Part shown: one piece after another, positions 18,173-26,979 of the stretch
How the letters are laid out: every line of letters starts with the position of its first letter
How positions within the stretch are numbered: position 1 is the first letter of the stretch
Assembly (NCBI GenBank): GCA_030605475.1
Contig: JAUWIG010000043.1
Location: 20,405-84,404 of the forward strand
Length of the DNA: 64,000 nucleotides
Source of the DNA: Planctomycetota bacterium
GTDB lineage: Bacteria > Planctomycetota > Phycisphaerae > Sedimentisphaerales > Anaerobacaceae
Reading direction: 5' to 3'
Made by a program: the position numbers and the translations under genes
The notes under the pieces: generated by a model
What the model saw: the letters and a program-made list of their open reading frames with translations, nothing else
The model's database searches: none
What the model was told of the DNA's origin: nothing

Positions 18173-19648
18173 ATGAAATTTCAGGTTTTTAAAAACGGCG
18201 AAGTTGTTGATAAGTTCAGATTATGCGGCGCTTATCTTTTCGGGACCGATGGAATTGCTGTTCGCCAGGCGCAAGTTAGACTGAAAAACGGCTTTATCGA
18301 GTGTGAAAAGTCGAATCTGCAAACAGCGGGATTTGCTCTATTGTGGCCTATTGATGGTTTTGGCAAGGTGCTTTTACCGACAACCTGTCTGTCTGAAAAG
18401 GCTCGCCCGTATAATTTGAACGTCGAGATAGCTCGTGCGAAACTGATGCAAATCATTGACAAGCGAGAGGACTGGTCGTTCTTTAACAGCATAGAAGGCT
18501 TAGGAGATACTTCAAAAGAGGCACAGGACTTGTTCATTCAGGCGGTTCAAAACATCTCTGTGCCGCCCTTTGCGTCTAAATCAGCGGATGAATCACTTAA
18601 AAAAGCTATAGTTTTTTCTGAAAAGCTGGCAACGAAGCAGGCAGAGTTGCTTTTCGATACAAAATGCAAAACCCATGGTTTTGGCCGTGGCTGTCTTGGC
18701 TGCAGAATAGACCCTGCGCAGATTGGTAATTCTAAATATGTCGCGAAGCTGCTTGAATTGTTCGGCTTTGTAACCATACCGATAAACTGGGCTCAGATAG
18801 AGTTGCGTAAGGGCAGTTATGATTTTTCGACGATTGACGCCTGTATTGATGTGCTCGGCAAAGAGAAGCTGGCAATCGGCGCAGGTCCGCTGCTTCGCTT
18901 CTCAAAAGAGTATCTGCCCAGATGGCTGCTTCGTGACGGGACGGAGTTTGAGAAGATTCGCGAAACTGCGTATCAATTCATTTCGCAGATGGTTGCCAGG
19001 TATTCAGGAAGCATTTGCGCGTGGCGCGTTGTAAGCGGTTTGAATGTGTTTAATCATTTTGAGTTTAGCTTCGAGCAGGTCCTGGAAGTGACACGTGCAG
19101 CTAATATGGCCGTAAAACAGGGAAGTGACAGAGCTCTGAAGATAGTAGAAGTCAGCAACCCGTGGGGCGAGTATTATGCAACAGCACATAATACCATTCC
19201 GCCGTTAGTGTATATGGATATGGTTGTGCAGAGCGGAATTAATTTTGACGCGTTTGGATTGGCTATGCAGTTTGGTAAAAATCAGGCGGGTATGCATGTC
19301 AGGGATATGATGCATATATCGACAATTCTGGATTACCTGGGCCATATCGCCAAACCATTGCATATAACCGAGGTGGAAGTTCCGAGCCAAAATGGCGATG
19401 GCTTACACGACGGCGAAGTTGCCGGCGTGTGGCATCATGAATGGGACCAATCGCGGCAGGGACAATGGATTGAGCAGTTCTATAAAATAGCACTTAGCAA
19501 ACAGTTTGTAGATAGTGTGACATATTCGAACCTCACCGATGTAAAGGACAGTACCATAGCCAACAGCGGCCTGTTGACGGACCGGCTCGAACCTAAAAAA
19601 TCGTTTAGAGTCTTGAAGCAGCTGCATAATGCTATTTTCAATCGGTAA
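18173..19648 (+). CDS. glycoside-hydrolase-like TIM-barrel protein (GH10-like, tentative)
   Basis: INWAQIELRKGSYDFSTID and LHITEVEV resemble GH10 blocks (nucleophile ITELD-like). The usual acid/base NE motif is not obvious (AWRVVSGLN). Confidence 0.4.
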   Translation: MKFQVFKNGEVVDKFRLCGAYLFGTDGIAVRQAQVRLKNGFIECEKSNLQTAGFALLWPIDGFGKVLLPTTCLSEKARPYNLNVEIARAKLMQIIDKREDWSFFNSIEGLGDTSKEAQDLFIQAVQNISVPPFASKSADESLKKAIVFSEKLATKQAELLFDTKCKTHGFGRGCLGCRIDPAQIGNSKYVAKLLELFGFVTIPINWAQIELRKGSYDFSTIDACIDVLGKEKLAIGAGPLLRFSKEYLPRWLLRDGTEFEKIRETAYQFISQMVARYSGSICAWRVVSGLNVFNHFEFSFEQVLEVTRAANMAVKQGSDRALKIVEVSNPWGEYYATAHNTIPPLVYMDMVVQSGINFDAFGLAMQFGKNQAGMHVRDMMHISTILDYLGHIAKPLHITEVEVPSQNGDGLHDGEVAGVWHHEWDQSRQGQWIEQFYKIALSKQFVDSVTYSNLTDVKDSTIANSGLLTDRLEPKKSFRVLKQLHNAIFNR

Positions 19649-19704
19649 ATAATTCGTGGCTCGGGACTCGAGGGGGCGAGGCGGTACGATATACGCAATG
19701 TGAT

Positions 19705-20055
19705 ATGACGGAAGTCACGCAAAACAAGATTCAATCATTTGCATTTGTTATCGCTGCAAGTGTGTGCGTTTTGCTTTCTATTTGTTTTGTGGTTTCAGGC
19801 CTTGTCGGGTTTGGACAATCGTGTGAAATTAGCTTAGAGAGCCGAATAAATCCAAACGATGCACCGGTAGCGAGTTTGGTAAGATTGCCCGGTATAGGCA
19901 TTGGAAGAGCCGGGGCAATAGTGGCTTATCGTGCGAATTTCGCCGGACAAAACAACGGTAGGACCGCCTTTCGAAATCGCGATGATTTGCAGAAAGTCGA
20001 AGGTATAGGGCCTAAAACAGCACAAAATATAAGCCAATGGCTAAAGTTTGAATAA
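19705..20055 (+). CDS. comEA: ComEA-like helix-hairpin-helix DNA-binding protein
   Basis: TM anchor, then NPNDAPVASLVRLPGIGIGRAGAIVAYR and LQKVEGIGPKTAQNI (two HhH motifs). Confidence 0.75.
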   Translation: MTEVTQNKIQSFAFVIAASVCVLLSICFVVSGLVGFGQSCEISLESRINPNDAPVASLVRLPGIGIGRAGAIVAYRANFAGQNNGRTAFRNRDDLQKVEGIGPKTAQNISQWLKFE

Positions 20056-20236
20056 GAATTAAGTATGTAGGCGGCTGATTTGGGTATTTTGTTGTGTGAA
20101 GGTTGTTCACGGCGGTCGTGGACGTAGCTTGTCCGGTAAGTTTCGGCTAAATTTGGAGGGGTAGGGTGTCAGATTTTTCAGCAAAATTGGCCCGGGCGCT
20201 TTGTTCATAGCCAGAGGCGAGGAAGGATACATTCGG

Positions 20237-22477
20237 ATGACGAATCAATCGCATCGCTGCGATAAGGAAGATGCCGTACCGCCGGTAGCGCAGAATGAGC
20301 TTCAGGATGCTGGGCGGCTCGGCTCGAACGGCGCCGACGCGACGGAAACTGATGGTACGAAGACCAACCTATTGTGGGGTGTTCGCGGTCTTCTTGGCTA
20401 TCTCGCTTTTACATGGCTTAGCCTGGTGTGGGTCGAGTTGCTGCTGGCGAGGATGATTTCCCGCTCGATGTTGAACGCCCTCATCCTGTCGCGTTCGGTT
20501 CGAATGACTCTGATGTCAGATGAGTTCCTTGCGTTGGCAGTTGTGGTCGCGGTGGTAGCGACGCCGCTGCTCGTTCTCAGTTACCTCGCCGGCCGTGCGT
20601 TGTCGAATCGAGCTGCCCTGTTGCGGGTAGGTTGGTGTGTGTTGTTCGCTTTGGTGTGGGTATTGCTGTTGTTGTATGCGGCCAGTTGGTTCACGTTCCG
20701 AAGCACCGGTATCTTCCTCGCTACTGAGGGGCTGGTGTTCTTCGCTACCAATTCCGTTCAGTTCCTGCAGCACGTCGCGCACATGGAACCATATCTGGTG
20801 TTAACGGCTCCGCTGGTCGTCTCGGCGGGTGCCCTGGTGCTGATGTGGCTGGTCCCAAAGCTGTTAGCGCAGCTGCGTGGTTGGTGGATGTGGATGTTTA
20901 TCGCCGGTGTCAGCGTGTTGCTGTGCGCATGCGTCTGGTTTTCCGTTGGCGGCGGTATGAGGGTAAGCGGAGAAGACGCGGGTATGCCGGTACTCGACCC
21001 GCACGTGGGTGTGGTTTACACACATGGTGAGCTCTATGCCGATTGCCGTGACGGTCGGACCGGGCCCTTACTGTACCTCTGGGCCGACGTCCGCCGTCGC
21101 TTGTGGAGCGAGGCTGAACCACTGATGGCCAGCGACGACCTGCCGGTCACGTGGCGTCCGATTATCTCAATGGATGAATACTTGCGAAGTGTCGATAGGA
21201 AGCGTATGCATCGATGGAACGTGATATTTATTTTAGTCGAGTCGCTGCGTCCCGACCAATTGCAGGTTTGCGGTGGTCGCCGGGAGGTCATGCCGGCTCT
21301 CGAGGCATTGGCACGCCAGAGCCGCGTCTTTTTGAACCACTACACTCAGTCCAGCCACTCCAATTATGCGGACGTGTGCCCGCTTTCCTCGCATTACCCA
21401 CTGCGCTCCGAGCGGACCCACGTGTACCAGGAGAATCCGACCTACCCCCGCGTCCTGATATACGATGTGCTGAAACAGCTTGGTTATCGCACCGCAATTA
21501 TCTCATCCCAGAACGAGAATTGGGGTGCGATGCTTAACTACATGCAGACCGGCTACCTCGACCACGTGTTTCATTCACGGACGTTCACCGGCCCGACGTA
21601 CGTGCCCCGTGGCGACGCAGGTTTCGAGGCGTTTGTCAAGGGCCAGAAGCGGTCGGGCAAGATTGACGACCGCTTCACCATAGCCGAGGCCATTCGGTGG
21701 ATTGACTCGGTGAAGGACGAGCCCTTTTACATCTATATGAACCTTCAGAGCAGCCACTTACCCTACGAGACGCCGGCCGATTTCCCTCGTCGCTTCGGTC
21801 GCGACAAACTGCCTTTCACCATACGATTCAACAAGTACCCACCTGAAGCAGCGGAACTGGTCAAGGACGAATACTCCAATAGTCTGGCCTATGTGGATTC
21901 GCAGTTGCAGCGACTGTTTGAGCACCTCAAGGAACGAGACCTGTGGGAACGCACCGTAATAGTGGTGAGCGGCGACACAGGCCAGGCGTTCTTCGAGCAT
22001 GGCTTCGCCGCCCACGCCAACATGTTGTTCAACGAAGTAATGCAGGTCCCGCTGGTCATCTGGGCACCAAACCTGCGTCCCGGCGTGGACAGTCGGCCGG
22101 CACAGCATATCGATGTGCCGCCATCGGTGTTCAACCTGCTGGGGCTGCCGCCGCATCCGAGCTTTCAGGGCATCAGCCTGTTCGGGCCCGACCCGAAACC
22201 CAACCGGTCGCTCTACCTGGTGGCTCAGTGTCCACCAGCCCACCAGTTCGCTGTGGTCCGCGGTGACTTCAAGCTTATCTACGATGTGCGTCGGCGACGG
22301 CGATTTCTGCTGAACTTGAAATTCGACCCCGGCGAAACCCGCGACTTCTCCAGAAGTAATCCGGACGTGTTGAAGGAGTTGTCGGTCCGGCTGGACACCT
22401 GGCGCAAACTGCAGCTCGACTACTACCGCAGGATTAATCTTCACAGCCGCTGGTATCCGCCGGCACTCGGCGACTGA
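20237..22477 (+). CDS. membrane-anchored sulfatase-like hydrolase/transferase (LTA-synthase / alkaline-phosphatase superfamily)
   Basis: The N-terminal half is multi-TM. The C-terminal half has NVIFILVESLRPDQL, SGDTGQAF and HANM blocks of the sulfatase/LtaS fold. There is no Cys-x-Pro-x-Arg motif. The start is set at ATG 20237, and 20201 is the alternative. GC content is visibly higher than in the flanks. Confidence 0.75.
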   Translation: MTNQSHRCDKEDAVPPVAQNELQDAGRLGSNGADATETDGTKTNLLWGVRGLLGYLAFTWLSLVWVELLLARMISRSMLNALILSRSVRMTLMSDEFLALAVVVAVVATPLLVLSYLAGRALSNRAALLRVGWCVLFALVWVLLLLYAASWFTFRSTGIFLATEGLVFFATNSVQFLQHVAHMEPYLVLTAPLVVSAGALVLMWLVPKLLAQLRGWWMWMFIAGVSVLLCACVWFSVGGGMRVSGEDAGMPVLDPHVGVVYTHGELYADCRDGRTGPLLYLWADVRRRLWSEAEPLMASDDLPVTWRPIISMDEYLRSVDRKRMHRWNVIFILVESLRPDQLQVCGGRREVMPALEALARQSRVFLNHYTQSSHSNYADVCPLSSHYPLRSERTHVYQENPTYPRVLIYDVLKQLGYRTAIISSQNENWGAMLNYMQTGYLDHVFHSRTFTGPTYVPRGDAGFEAFVKGQKRSGKIDDRFTIAEAIRWIDSVKDEPFYIYMNLQSSHLPYETPADFPRRFGRDKLPFTIRFNKYPPEAAELVKDEYSNSLAYVDSQLQRLFEHLKERDLWERTVIVVSGDTGQAFFEHGFAAHANMLFNEVMQVPLVIWAPNLRPGVDSRPAQHIDVPPSVFNLLGLPPHPSFQGISLFGPDPKPNRSLYLVAQCPPAHQFAVVRGDFKLIYDVRRRRRFLLNLKFDPGETRDFSRSNPDVLKELSVRLDTWRKLQLDYYRRINLHSRWYPPALGD

Positions 22478-22646
22478 ATTGTTCGACCCGGAAGTGAGAA
22501 TCCAATGCGTGAGGAACGCAAAGACGCGTTGCGGGGTACAAAAAGGGCTGGAATTGGCCCGCCGATTCAGGTATTATTCTAAAAGATGATTGGCAACTCT
22601 GGCGGTATCGCAGGGCATAGGCTATCCTGGGAATATTGGCTAAATA

Positions 22647-23150
22647 GTGGAGAAAAAACAAATGGATGAGTGGGAAATTGACAAGCCGCTTGGTCAATGC
22701 TACGGCACAGGTAAAAAAATCGAGTACGGAGAAGAATACTTTGCCGCCCTGGTAGAAACTGAAGATGGACTGCAACGGCGGGATTTCTGTGCCGATTACT
22801 GGCTGGCCGAAAAGCCAAATGTATTTTGTTATTGGAAAACCAAGCTGCCACACCCCGACCGGAAAAAGCATATATTTGTTGATGATGAGATGCTGATGGC
22901 CTTCTTTGAACGGCTGGAACGGGAGACCGAGCAGGAAAGAATAAATTTCCGTTTTGTCCTGGCACTAATCTTGATGCGAAAAAGACGTCTGAAATATGAT
23001 TCGTCCAAAATCGAAGACGATAAGGAAATCTGGCGTCTGAGAATAGTCAGCGATAAGCAGTTCGTCGATGTGGTAAATCCGCATCTTAGTGAGGAGCAAA
23101 TCGAGCAATTATCGTCGCAGCTAAGCGAGATTCTACAGGCGGATTTATAA
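22647..23150 (+). CDS. hypothetical protein
   Basis: 167-aa ORF with coding-like composition. GTG at 22647 or ATG at 22662 (GGAG 10 nt upstream). No family recognised. Confidence 0.5.
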   Translation: MEKKQMDEWEIDKPLGQCYGTGKKIEYGEEYFAALVETEDGLQRRDFCADYWLAEKPNVFCYWKTKLPHPDRKKHIFVDDEMLMAFFERLERETEQERINFRFVLALILMRKRRLKYDSSKIEDDKEIWRLRIVSDKQFVDVVNPHLSEEQIEQLSSQLSEILQADL

Positions 23151-23153
23151 AGA

Positions 23154-24098
23154 GTGAAATATCGGCAGGTAAACCCTCAATTGTTCTTTCGTTTTGTTGC
23201 AGCAGTATTGTTGGCTGCCACAATTCTTGCCGGCTGTGCCCCTCAGGTGCAAAAGCCGATGCGAATTTGTCCCGGCGCCGAATCTGTGACCGACGCGTTA
23301 TCTTTGTTGAGGTCGCGCTCACAAAATATAGTGCCGCTGAGAGCTAACGGCCAGTGCCGTTTGCAGTATTATATTGATGGAAAGCCGCATAAAGAAAACT
23401 TTCCCGTGAAACTTTGGATTAATCCCGTTAGAAGTCCCCGCAGGCAGGTGGCAGACGCCGGGCGTTTTACTTCTAACGGGGCCAATCTGTCTGCTCAAGT
23501 TTACCTGCAGGGTGACGTGGCTTTCGACCCAAAGGGGCTTGTTGCAGGCTCGAACGAACGGGAATTTTGGCTGTCAATAAAACCCAAAGAGGTCAGCAGT
23601 TACTGGTGGGGCCGGTGGTCGCAGGCTAATTTCTCTGAAAAGCTGATGTTCAGTCCTGAACTGGTGCTCGAGGCTCTCGGAATCGCTGAAGTCGGCGGTG
23701 CGGAAAATTGGTCCTTGGCAAACGAAGGCGCCTTTGATGTACTTACAAAGCGAGATGGCCGAGGTGCGGTAATCAAAAAAGTATATATCTTTAACTGTGA
23801 CCATCTGGTTTTGAAAATTGAGTATTTTGACACGAACGGCCGGGCTGTAGCTGCTATAGAATTGGGTGAATATAAAGAAGTCTCCGAATGGTTTTCCGTC
23901 CCTGCCGCCATAAAGATTATCAATCGTGTGGCTGACAGTGCGGGAGGCTTAATCAGTATTACTATCAGCTTGAAGTCTGTAAAGTCGGCGCACTTTACCG
24001 AAAAGGCACTGAGACGTCTTTTTACTCGTCCGCAGCCGCGAGGTTTCAAGAACATTTACAAAATCGTCGACGGCAAGATAATTGAACAGCCGCGTTAA
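23154..24098 (+). CDS. hypothetical lipoprotein (possibly LolA/LolB-like fold)
   Basis: Signal peptide with lipobox LAGC. GTG start 4 nt after the upstream stop. It contains an in-frame palindromic element at 23424-23480. Confidence 0.55.
   Translation: MKYRQVNPQLFFRFVAAVLLAATILAGCAPQVQKPMRICPGAESVTDALSLLRSRSQNIVPLRANGQCRLQYYIDGKPHKENFPVKLWINPVRSPRRQVADAGRFTSNGANLSAQVYLQGDVAFDPKGLVAGSNEREFWLSIKPKEVSSYWWGRWSQANFSEKLMFSPELVLEALGIAEVGGAENWSLANEGAFDVLTKRDGRGAVIKKVYIFNCDHLVLKIEYFDTNGRAVAAIELGEYKEVSEWFSVPAAIKIINRVADSAGGLISITISLKSVKSAHFTEKALRRLFTRPQPRGFKNIYKIVDGKIIEQPR
23424..23480. repeat. palindromic element (arms CCCGTTAGAAGT / ACTTCTAACGGG) inside a CDS, 57 nt, in frame
   Basis: 12-bp perfect inverted arms at 23424-23435 and 23469-23480. 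The same arms, extended to 15 bp, recur at 36133-36171. Confidence 0.8.
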
Positions 24099-24174
24099 GT
24101 AAAGCGTATAGCGTTTAGCGTTGTTATTTTTGTGCAAGCAGGTATCTATTCTCTATTTTTAATGGAGTTTATTT

Positions 24175-25098
24175 ATGACCAGAATAAATCTAAGAGAGAG
24201 AATTCAGCAGGGGTTGTTTTTGCTGGATGGTGCGATGGGGACGCAGTTGATTGCTCGCGGCCTCGAGGCCGGCAAGTGCAATGATTATCTTAATATCGAA
24301 TCGCCTGATATTATTTTTGATATTCACAAAGCCTATTTTGAAGCTGGCAGCGATGCGGTCCTTACCAACACGTTCGGGGCCAATAGATATGCTCTGGCCC
24401 GCCATGGGCTTGCCGAAGAGGCTATCAGGATAAATACCGCAGCCGGCCAAATAGCTCGCCGGGCTGCCGGCGATGAATACTATGTCTTGGGCAATATCGG
24501 GCCGACCGGCGATTTTTTACAGCCGTTAGGGAATTTGAAGCCGGAAGGGTTAAAAAATGCCTTCGCTGAGCAGGCCAGAGCACTTTTGGATGGTGGTGTG
24601 GACGCTCTTCTAATCGAGACGATGACGGCCCTTGATGAAATTGCAATCGCAATCGAAGCGGCAAAATCGGTCGGCGATTTGCCTGTGCTTGCGTCAATGG
24701 CTTTCGACAAGGCCGGCGGTGATTTTAAAACGATGATGGGCGTTGATGTCGAAACCGCAGTTTCAAAAATAGTTTCCCTGGGGGTTGACGCAGTAGGATT
24801 TAATTGCGGCACAGTTTCACTTGAGGAATATGTAGAGCTGGCGGAAAAGTTTGTTTCCACAATAAGAGCTTCGGAGCAGACACGGGTCACGGGTCACGGG
24901 TCACGGGTCACGATTTTAGCAGAGCCAAACGCCGGAAAGCCGGAACTGGTGGATGACCGCGCGGTTTACAATGTATCGCCTCAGGATTTCGCAGCGGCAG
25001 CGGAAAAGATTCATTCAGCCGGTATAAACATCATCGGCGGCTGCTGCGGAACCAGCCCCGCACATATCGAAGCTATGGCTAAAAGGCTAAAAGGATGA
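24175..25098 (+). CDS. homocysteine S-methyltransferase domain protein (MetH N-terminal-domain-like)
   Basis: LLDGAMGTQL, TNTFGAN, GFNCGT and C-terminal GGCCGTSPAHI (zinc-ligand Cys residues). Confidence 0.8.
   Translation: MTRINLRERIQQGLFLLDGAMGTQLIARGLEAGKCNDYLNIESPDIIFDIHKAYFEAGSDAVLTNTFGANRYALARHGLAEEAIRINTAAGQIARRAAGDEYYVLGNIGPTGDFLQPLGNLKPEGLKNAFAEQARALLDGGVDALLIETMTALDEIAIAIEAAKSVGDLPVLASMAFDKAGGDFKTMMGVDVETAVSKIVSLGVDAVGFNCGTVSLEEYVELAEKFVSTIRASEQTRVTGHGSRVTILAEPNAGKPELVDDRAVYNVSPQDFAAAAEKIHSAGINIIGGCCGTSPAHIEAMAKRLKG
24881..24912 (+). repeat. heptanucleotide tandem repeat (CACGGGT) x about 4.5 inside the CDS
   Basis: cacgggtcacgggtcacgggtcacgggtcacg, translated as TRVTGHGSRVT. Confidence 0.9.
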
Positions 25099-25116
25099 TG
25101 ATACGGTAAATGTTTT

Positions 25117-26439
25117 TTAGCAGCCGGCATTTAGAAATTTTGCGATTTGGTCTATGGTTTTAGCTGTGGCGCCCTGATTTTTTCTGATTACCTCTCGGCC
25201 GTTCTGGGCAATTTGCCGGGCAAAATCCGGTTCAGTGAGACATTTTTGCATTGTTTGGAGCAGGTCATCTTCGTCTTTTACCATAATAGCACCCCGACAT
25301 TCTAAAAGTGCATCGACGGTTTGTTTGAAATTGAAGGCATAAGGGCCGAATAGGGTACATTTTCCGAGAGCTGCTGCCTCGACCATATCGGAGCCGCCCA
25401 TTGGCACCAGTGACCGCCCTACAAAAATTATCGTTGCAAGTGAGTAAAATTTTCGCAAATCGCCCATAGTATCACCGAGAATTACCGCCTGCTTGTCGGT
25501 TGTCAGCGGGGCGGTTTCATCTTTTATCTGGCTGTACCGGATTAAATCAAAACCAGCCTGTTTTATTAATTGTGCAACTTCGTCAAATCTTTCGGGTTTA
25601 CGCGGCACAATCACCAAACGCAGGTCGCTGAATCGGTCTTGTTGTTTTAGATTCCGGAAAGTCTCGAGCAATATCTTTTCTTCATCGTTTCCGGTGGCGC
25701 CGGCAACCCACAACTTTTCGTTGTTAATTTTAAGTTGAGATGCCAATTCGTCTGTCCCTTCGACTTTATCGGTAATTTGAGCGGTGTCGTATTTCAGTGA
25801 GCCGGTAACGATTACTCTTTCAGCAGGAGCGCCGATTCTAACGAAACGCTGGGCATATTCATCCGTCTGCGCAAGAATGAGACTTACTTTCCGGAATATG
25901 TTTCTGGCAATCGGCTTTATTTTTTTATATCTGGAAAAACCTTTGTCGCTTATTCGGCCGTTGACTACAACAACTGGTATATTTAGCTGCTGTGCGATTT
26001 GGACGAAATTGGGCCAGACTTCCTGTTCCATTAAGAGACAGATTGCTGGCTGGATTTCACGGAAGGCGCGGTGCATTATCCAGGAAAAATCAAGCGGAAA
26101 GTAAAACACTTGCAATCTATTGCCGAATAACTCGGTTGCACGGGCAAAGCCGGTATCGGTAGTAGCGCTTATTACGATTTCAAAACTTGTCCTCGACTCC
26201 GTTCGGGGTTCGCCGAATCTGTTTTTAAGCTCTTCGATGATAGTCTTTGTTGCGTTAACCTCGCCGACGCTTACTGCGTGAAGCCAGATACATTTTTCCC
26301 CGGGATTTTTGCGAGTGATTTTGCCGAATCGCTGTGCCCAGCCGATGCGGTAGCGTTTGTACCTGACGATGCGATATAGAACCATAGGGCTTATTACTAC
26401 AAAGGCCAGCAAATATACGCAATCTACGATGAATTTCAT
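25117..26439 (-). CDS. waaA: 3-deoxy-D-manno-octulosonic acid (Kdo) transferase
   Basis: IWLHAVSVGEVNATKTIIEELK and GGSDMVEAAALGK blocks. The start is set at ATG 26439 (MKFIVDCVYLL TM anchor). The ORF-track extension to 26595 is unsupported. Confidence 0.85.
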   Translation of the reverse strand: MKFIVDCVYLLAFVVISPMVLYRIVRYKRYRIGWAQRFGKITRKNPGEKCIWLHAVSVGEVNATKTIIEELKNRFGEPRTESRTSFEIVISATTDTGFARATELFGNRLQVFYFPLDFSWIMHRAFREIQPAICLLMEQEVWPNFVQIAQQLNIPVVVVNGRISDKGFSRYKKIKPIARNIFRKVSLILAQTDEYAQRFVRIGAPAERVIVTGSLKYDTAQITDKVEGTDELASQLKINNEKLWVAGATGNDEEKILLETFRNLKQQDRFSDLRLVIVPRKPERFDEVAQLIKQAGFDLIRYSQIKDETAPLTTDKQAVILGDTMGDLRKFYSLATIIFVGRSLVPMGGSDMVEAAALGKCTLFGPYAFNFKQTVDALLECRGAIMVKDEDDLLQTMQKCLTEPDFARQIAQNGREVIRKNQGATAKTIDQIAKFLNAGC

Positions 26440-26623
26440 TTGCCTTTCCCACAAAAGACTAAACGTGTCAACGAGCGGTAAATGATATTTGTAAAGCTTC
26501 GACTTGTCAAACAATTGCCCAAGCTCCCAAATAATCAAAAATGCAGCCTTGACTTTGATATTTTTTTGCCGTAAATAGTGAATAGTCGTTAGCAATTAAC
26601 GACCGAATACTAACGGCTGTTTT

Positions 26624-26697
26624 GTCCCCGTAGCTCAATTGGATAGAGCGTTGGCCTCCGGAGCCAGAGGTTGTGCGTTCGAGTCGCACCGGGGATA
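26624..26697 (+). tRNA. tRNA-Arg (anticodon CCG)
   Basis: Cloverleaf read by eye. Acceptor GTCCCCG/CGGGGAT, D-arm AGCTCAATTGGATAGAGC, anticodon stem-loop TTGGC-CTCCGGA-GCCAG, T-arm GTGCG-TTCGAGT-CGCAC. No encoded CCA. Confidence 0.85.
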
Positions 26698-26979
26698 TTG
26701 TAAGTCGCTTTTATTAAAGGGGTTAGATTTCTGCTGGAATTTTTCGCCCCCCGAGCGGGTCGCACCGGTTATTGGGATTTTCCCTGACAAATCCGTTTGC
26801 ACACACATTGAATTGACTATTGAATATTTTCAGTATTGCCGCATCGCTGCGCTCCTTGTGGTGACATAAGGATTCCAGCTTTTACGGCAATAACAGGGGG
26901 GGTGATTAGAATAATAAAATGCTTGCATAAGTTGGTTATTTTTAATCTTATACGCTGCCTGATTGGAGAAGGTTAGTGA

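Noticed and set aside
21758-22444. 228-aa minus-strand ORF, plus many other 60-110-aa ORFs in alternative frames between 20.5 and 22.5 kb
   Set aside because: They lie entirely within or antisense to the sulfatase-like gene and have Arg/Pro/Gly-rich composition with no recognisable motifs. They are explained by stop-codon scarcity in GC-rich DNA.
26753-26777. Short match (gtcgcaccgg) to the 3' end of tRNA-Arg about 60 nt downstream of the tRNA, a possible att scar of an integrated element
   Set aside because: Only about 10 nt match. No integrase or foreign-looking genes follow, since the next gene is an ordinary EamA transporter. The match is too short to separate from chance without genome-wide statistics.
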